Positions 27,817 to 32,000 of a stretch of 32,000 nucleotides of DNA are shown here, piece by piece (position 1 is the first letter of the stretch; the number at the start of each line of letters is the position of its first letter). Source of the DNA: an uncultured Actinomycetes bacterium (lineage in GTDB: Bacteria > Actinomycetota > Actinomycetes > S36-B12 > CAIYMF01); assembly GCA_963843975.1 (NCBI GenBank), contig CAWJMG010000003.1, positions 1,230,001 through 1,262,000 of the forward strand. The letters run 5' to 3'. A program made the translations under genes and the position numbers. The notes beneath the pieces were generated by a model. It was not told the DNA's origin, made no database searches, and worked only from the letters and a program-made list of their open reading frames with translations.

Positions 27817-29412
27817 ATGTCCCTCACGCCCGACGTCGACCTGCCCGGCACCGAGGTGCTCGCCTCGCACCCGGGGCCGGCGTCCGACGTGCCCGCAGCG
27901 GTGCGTCCGAGCCGATGGGCCTCCATGACGCTGTCGCGGCGCCTCGTGATCGGCCTCGTGGCGGTGACCGCAGCGACCCTCGTGGTCGTGGCGGCGGCGA
28001 CGTTCCTCGCCCTCCGGTCGTGGACCGTGCAGCAGCTCGACAACGCGCTCATGCAGCCGAAGCTCGCAGCCGTCGACGGGGACGGCGACGGACGCGGTGG
28101 CAGCGGGCGCGACGTCATCCGCGCCTGGGACATCAACGGGGCCACCGTCGTCCTCCTCGCGGACGGCACCGCGACGCCTCTGCAGGGCAACATCCCCGGC
28201 GGCACCCAGCCTGAGCCGTGGTCCGCCGCGGACGCCGCGGCGCTCTCGACGATCCCCACCGCCTCGGACGCCGGGCCCGTCACGATCGAGCTCGAGGCAC
28301 TCGGCGACAGCCGTGCCGTCGCCATCCCGGCGACGGTCAACGGCAACGCCGTCACCCTGATCGCCGTCACGCCGCTGTCCCGGGCGCAGGGCGTCGCCAA
28401 CCGCCTCCTGCTCGTCGAGATCGTCGCCGTGACGTTCGCCGTCCTGCTCGTGGCGTTCGCGGGCACGTGGTTCGTGCGCCGCGAGCTGCGGCCGCTGCGC
28501 CGCGTGGCCGACACCGCGAGCGAGGTCGCGAGCCTGCCCCTCGGCCGAGGCGACGTCGTGATCCCAGGTCGTGTTCAGGACGCCACCTCCACCACCGAGG
28601 TCGGGCAGGTGGGCCTCGCGGTCAACGCGATGCTCGACCACGTCGAGACCTCGCTGCGCACCCGCGCAGAGACGGAGGACCGCCTGCGCCGCTTCGTGTC
28701 CGACGCCGGTCACGAGCTGCGCACGCCTCTCGCCTCCGTGCGCGGGTACGCCGAGCTCATGCGGCGCGGTGCGGCGTCCGACCCCGAGGCCGCAGCCCAG
28801 GCCGCGGCCCGCATCGAGGCCGCCGCCTCGCGCATGGGCCTGCTCGTCGAGGACCTCCTGCTGCTCGCCTCGCTCGACGAGGAGCGGCCGCTGTCACAGG
28901 ACCGCCTCGAGCTCGGACCGCTCGTGGCCGACGCCGTGGCCGAGGTCAGCGCCACCGCGCTCGACCACACCTGGGCCGCCGACGTCCCCGACGACAGCCT
29001 CTCGGTCGCCGTGGTCGGGGATGCCTCGCGCCTTCACCAGGCCGTGGCGAACCTGCTCGCCAACGCCCGCGCGCACACTCCGGCGGGCACGTCGGTCACC
29101 GCGGTGGTCGGCCGCGACGACACGCACGCCTGGGTCGAGGTGCGCGACGACGGCCCCGGCTTCCCCGAGGACCTCATCCCCCGGGCCACCGAGCGGTTCG
29201 CTCGCGGCGACTACAGCCGCTCGCGCGCCACGGGCGGCAGCGGCCTCGGCCTCGCGATCGTCAAGGCCGTCGCAGAGGCGCACGGCGGCACGCTCAGCAT
29301 CGGCAACGCGGCCGAGGGCCCGGGGGCCGTCGTACGGCTCACGCTGCCGGCGGCACCGGGCGGCACGGTCGAGGTCGTCCCGCCCCTCGCCGAGACCCCC
29401 GCCACCGTCTGA
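27817..29412 (+). CDS. sensor histidine kinase (two TM helices, ~190-aa extracytoplasmic domain, HAMP, HisKA, HATPase_c)
   Basis: ATG 27817 lies 2 nt after the RR stop. H-box FVSDAGHELRTPL, N-box LLANARAHTP, G-boxes DDGPGF and GGSGLGLAIV. Confidence 0.9.
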   Translation: MSLTPDVDLPGTEVLASHPGPASDVPAAVRPSRWASMTLSRRLVIGLVAVTAATLVVVAAATFLALRSWTVQQLDNALMQPKLAAVDGDGDGRGGSGRDVIRAWDINGATVVLLADGTATPLQGNIPGGTQPEPWSAADAAALSTIPTASDAGPVTIELEALGDSRAVAIPATVNGNAVTLIAVTPLSRAQGVANRLLLVEIVAVTFAVLLVAFAGTWFVRRELRPLRRVADTASEVASLPLGRGDVVIPGRVQDATSTTEVGQVGLAVNAMLDHVETSLRTRAETEDRLRRFVSDAGHELRTPLASVRGYAELMRRGAASDPEAAAQAAARIEAAASRMGLLVEDLLLLASLDEERPLSQDRLELGPLVADAVAEVSATALDHTWAADVPDDSLSVAVVGDASRLHQAVANLLANARAHTPAGTSVTAVVGRDDTHAWVEVRDDGPGFPEDLIPRATERFARGDYSRSRATGGSGLGLAIVKAVAEAHGGTLSIGNAAEGPGAVVRLTLPAAPGGTVEVVPPLAETPATV

Positions 29413-29475
29413 CCCCACCGCTCGCACTGATCAATCCGTCGTTTCCCATGCCAGGAAACGACGGATTGATCAGTG
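29412..29475. repeat. palindromic repeat element, copy 1 (also a likely terminator for the kinase operon)
   Basis: Perfect 20-bp stem: ctgatcaatccgtcgtttcc (29427-29446) pairs with ggaaacgacggattgatcag (29454-29473). It extends to 22 bp (29425-29475) with loop catgcca. About 81% identical over 62 nt to copy 2, located 1132 bp downstream. Confidence 0.8.
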
Positions 29476-29533
29476 TCACGGGCCTGTGGACGGAGTCCGC
29501 GCGAGGCTTGCGGGAACGGGCACCGTGGTCGCC

Positions 29534-30562
29534 ATGCCAGCGATCCAACGTCCGCACGACACCGCGCGCCGTCTCGCCGCACGCTTCGGTCAGTCGGCAG
29601 TTCCTGTTGGCCTCGCCCTCGCGTCGGGATTCACCGAAGGGGAGCTCCGCGCCGCACTCCGGCGAGGAGTGATCGTGAGGCCTCGGCACGGCCTCGTGCA
29701 GGTTGCCGATGACGGACCCGAGGACGATCCGCGACCGGCGTGGGCTGCCCTGCGGCGGGAGCACGTCGCGGCCGTGCGTGCGGCGCTTACCGCCGTTGGG
29801 CCAGGTGCGTTCGCCACGCACGACTCCGCCGCGCTGGTGGTCGACTGCCCTCGGCCTGTCACGTCCGCACCCGACCACGTCAGCCTCTGCATCCCCGGGG
29901 CGCGGGACTACACCGGTCCCGGGCTGGTGGTGCGCGGATCACCCATCGCCGACCGGTTCGTGACCGTCGTCGACGGCATCCCCACGACCGACCTACGGCG
30001 CACGGCTATCGATCTCGCGCGCTCGCGCTCGCTCTGGTCGGCGCTCATCCCGTTGGACGCCGCGATGCGCGCGATCGTGAGCCGCCAGTCGGGCATGGAG
30101 GGGAACGACCTGCGACAGGTTGCCCGCGACCCTGGTCCTGCGCGTACTGCCCGTGCCGAGCTCGAGTACGCGCTCGGAGCAATCACCGGATGGCACGGCG
30201 TCGTAGCGGCACGCCGCGCCCTCCGATACGCCAGCCCTGCCGCGGAATCGCCAACCGAGTCCCGGAGTCGAGGCTGGTTCCTCGCCGCCGGCATCACGTC
30301 GCTCGAGGTCGGCTTCCCCATCGCCGTCGGGCGCCGCACCTACTGGGCCGACTTCTGCGACGAGAAGCGCAAGGTCATCGGCGAGGCCGACGGCTGGATC
30401 ACGTACGGCGACGACCTGGAGTCGATCAAGGGGACGATCCGAGCCGAGAAGGTGCGCCAGTCGGACCTCGAGGGCGACGGATGGCGGTTCGTGCGCTGGA
30501 TGAGCGACGACCCGCGCCGCGACGTGGTCGCCAGGATGACCGCAGCCCTCCGCTCAACCTGA
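29534..30562 (+). CDS. DUF559/Vsr-like PD-(D/E)XK endonuclease-fold protein with AbiEi-like N-terminal domain
   Basis: About 342 aa from ATG 29534 (GTG 29525 is also possible). The C-terminal ~100 aa carry an E...D...EADG...EK(x)RQ...L...GW(x)(x)VR pattern typical of DUF559/restriction-endonuclease-like domains. The N-terminus resembles AbiEi_4-type domains. The 5' part of the 663-aa ORF-track entry overlaps the kinase out of frame and was discarded. Confidence 0.65.
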   Translation: MPAIQRPHDTARRLAARFGQSAVPVGLALASGFTEGELRAALRRGVIVRPRHGLVQVADDGPEDDPRPAWAALRREHVAAVRAALTAVGPGAFATHDSAALVVDCPRPVTSAPDHVSLCIPGARDYTGPGLVVRGSPIADRFVTVVDGIPTTDLRRTAIDLARSRSLWSALIPLDAAMRAIVSRQSGMEGNDLRQVARDPGPARTARAELEYALGAITGWHGVVAARRALRYASPAAESPTESRSRGWFLAAGITSLEVGFPIAVGRRTYWADFCDEKRKVIGEADGWITYGDDLESIKGTIRAEKVRQSDLEGDGWRFVRWMSDDPRRDVVARMTAALRST

Positions 30563-30612
30563 TCAATCCGTCGCTACCCGCCGCCGGAAACGACGGATTG
30601 ATCAGGTTGAGC
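30544..30612. repeat. palindromic repeat element, copy 2 (overlaps the stop codon of the DUF559-like gene)
   Basis: 22-bp perfect outer stem: gctcaacctgatcaatccgtcg (30552-30573) pairs with cgacggattgatcaggttgagc (30591-30612). It shares the cores ctgatcaatccgtcg and ggaaacgacggattgatcag with copy 1. The gene's TGA (30560-30562) lies inside the left arm. Confidence 0.8.
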
Positions 30613-30835
30613 GACTGGGCTCTGCGAAGTGTTCGCAGCACCGGTCTCGCTGTGCGGACCTCGGTGGCGAGGTCTCGTACCGCATCCCTACGCTCGGCAC
30701 GTGATCTCCTCGGCGACCCCCACCGCGCACGCGCTGCGCGCTGTCGCCTGTTGTCGCTGTCTCGGCTGACGCCGCCCGCCCTCGGGTACGGCGTCCACTC
30801 GACGCCCTGACCACCCGACACCGGAAGACACGACC

Positions 30836-31276
30836 ATGACCGCACTCGCGCAGCAGAACCACCACATCGCCGACCACCTGCGGGACGCCGCCGATCCGCG
30901 TGCTGTCGCCCGCGTGGTCGCCGAGCACCGCGACCTCTGGGCCGCGCACGTCCGCTTCGACCCGTCCGAGCCCCACCACGCGACGGTGTGGGCCGACGGC
31001 CGCTGGGAGGTCGTCCTCGGGGCCTGGCTGCCGGGTCAGAGCAGCGGCAGCCACGACCACGTCGGGCGCCCCGGCGCGCTGCTCGTCCTGCAGGGAGCGC
31101 TGCGCGAGACCACCTGGCACGTGGCCACCGACGGGCCCGCCCCGGGACGGCGTACGGCGGTGTCGCGCGTGCACGCCGCGGGAGGCCTGCGCACCCACGG
31201 CGCGGTGCACGTGCACGATGTCGCGGCCGAGGGCACGGACCCGGCCGTCGCCCTCCAGGTGCACGCACGCCCCTGA
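30836..31276 (+). CDS. cysteine-dioxygenase-like cupin protein
   Basis: 146-aa ORF starting at ATG 30836. Cupin metal motif SHDHVGRPGALLVLQGALRETTW ... HAVHVH-type second motif (GAVHVHDV). Confidence 0.6.
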   Translation: MTALAQQNHHIADHLRDAADPRAVARVVAEHRDLWAAHVRFDPSEPHHATVWADGRWEVVLGAWLPGQSSGSHDHVGRPGALLVLQGALRETTWHVATDGPAPGRRTAVSRVHAAGGLRTHGAVHVHDVAAEGTDPAVALQVHARP

Positions 31277-31282
31277 CGCGCG

Positions 31283-31315
31283 ACGACGCCCCCGGCCTGA
31301 GGCCGGGGGCGTCGT
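31283..31315. terminator. bidirectional terminator-like hairpin between convergent cupin and fasciclin genes
   Basis: acgacgcccccggcc (31283-31297) pairs perfectly with ggccgggggcgtcgt (31301-31315), with loop tga. Confidence 0.7.
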
Positions 31316-31330
31316 GGTGCGGGCGATGGG

Positions 31331-31981
31331 TCAGTGCGCCAGCGGCGGGAGGTCGATCGGGCGCAGCACGCGGTCGATGCCATGCGCGACCTGCTTGTTG
31401 AACTTGTTGAGGTCGACCTGCGACAGGATCACGCGGGCGTTGCGCGAGTTCTTGTCCTTGTCCCAGAGGGAGATCTCGGGGCCGGCGTACACGGCGACGC
31501 CGAGCGTGCCGCCCTGGGCGGTCTTGAGCACCGCACCGTTGGCCTTCACCGCGGCGGACGAGTAGATCGTGGCGCCGGGGACGACGTGGTACAGCAGCAC
31601 GGCCTCGACGGTGGGGATGCCGAGCTTGGCGACCGCGTTGAAGATCTGCTTCTCGGACTTCGGCGCGATGCCGGTCAGGTCCTTGACCAGCAGGCGGAAG
31701 GCCTGGTCGTTGGGGATGAACGCCGTCAGGGCGACGGTGCCGTCCGTGAGGACCTTGACCTTGCTGTTCGGCTTGGCCGCGAGCACCGCGAGCACCGCCT
31801 GGGTGACGATGTCGTAGTCCTTGGCGTTCGTGTCGAACGTGCCGCCGCCGTTGGCGGTGAGCACCGCGGCGAGCGAGCGCTGGCCCTGGGCCTGCGCGGC
31901 CGGGGCGGCGGTGAGGGCGACGCCGGACACGCCGAGGGCGACTGCGGCGGCTGAGGCGGCGATGCGCGTGCGGAGCTTCAT
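31331..31981 (-). CDS. secreted fasciclin (FAS1) domain protein (MPT70/MPB83-like)
   Basis: 216-aa ORF. ATG 31981 preceded by GGGAGAG. Signal peptide (MKLRTRIAASAAAVALGVSGVALTAAPAAQA). FAS1 motifs TAFIPNDQAF, LLYHVVPG and NKQVAHGIDRVL. Confidence 0.85.
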   Translation of the reverse strand: MKLRTRIAASAAAVALGVSGVALTAAPAAQAQGQRSLAAVLTANGGGTFDTNAKDYDIVTQAVLAVLAAKPNSKVKVLTDGTVALTAFIPNDQAFRLLVKDLTGIAPKSEKQIFNAVAKLGIPTVEAVLLYHVVPGATIYSSAAVKANGAVLKTAQGGTLGVAVYAGPEISLWDKDKNSRNARVILSQVDLNKFNKQVAHGIDRVLRPIDLPPLAH

Positions 31982-32000
31982 GTCTCTCCCGAGGTGAGGT

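Noticed and set aside
29427-29473. Short peptide-like translations across the hairpin repeats (LINPSFP...NDGLI on both strands) suggesting a conserved mini-ORF
   Set aside because: The similarity on both strands is a trivial consequence of the element being a palindrome present twice. There is no start codon or RBS context.
28571-29533. The N-terminal 321 residues of the 663-aa + ORF (28571-30562)
   Set aside because: This part overlaps the histidine kinase in another frame and crosses the kinase stop and the hairpin repeat. Only the portion from ATG 29534 has a protein-like composition.

Overview
This is a high-GC (about 72%) actinobacterial core-chromosome window with dense, mostly intact housekeeping genes. 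Gene order parallels Mycobacterium tuberculosis Rv2228c-Rv2230c and ahpE-Rv2239c-aceE-Rv2242-fabD...accD6. It differs in having fabH and a single fabF, as in Streptomyces and Micrococcales.

Content from left to right:
- An ABC-2 permease, an ABM-domain membrane protein and a Sir2 deacylase.
- A minus-strand operon: Nif3, a zinc-ribbon coiled-coil protein, RNase H/phosphatase and a GH114-like secreted hydrolase.
- Thioredoxin, a DEAD-box helicase, an HD-GYP protein and tRNA-Val(UAC).
- A Zn-ribbon protein, an AhpE-like peroxiredoxin and a DUF3052 protein.
- aceE, a pirin, and a PucR-family regulator followed by a fabD-fabH-acpP-fabF-carboxyltransferase FAS-II operon.
- DUF3145 and a hypothetical protein.
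- A five-gene operon: ferric-reductase-like flavohaem protein, FMN-binding protein, ApbE, an OmpR-type response regulator and a histidine kinase.
- A DUF559/AbiEi-like gene bracketed by two copies of a roughly 62-nt palindromic repeat, then a cysteine-dioxygenase-like cupin and a fasciclin protein.

Main anomalies:
1. aceE can only be read as a continuous, highly conserved E1 protein if about 23 separate single-base insertions are skipped. There are no deletions and no stops. The adjacent pirin gene carries one more lesion of the same kind.
2. The hairpin-repeat-bracketed single-gene cassette.
3. FabD carries a C-terminal biotinyl/lipoyl-like domain that lacks the modifiable lysine, in an operon ending with an orphan carboxyltransferase.
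4. A predicted trans-membrane flavinylation and electron-transfer module is translationally coupled to a two-component system, with 11-bp-phased direct repeats upstream.

I saw no CRISPR array, transposase, integrase or rRNA. Many long ORFs in the six-frame track are antisense or out-of-frame artefacts of the high GC content.
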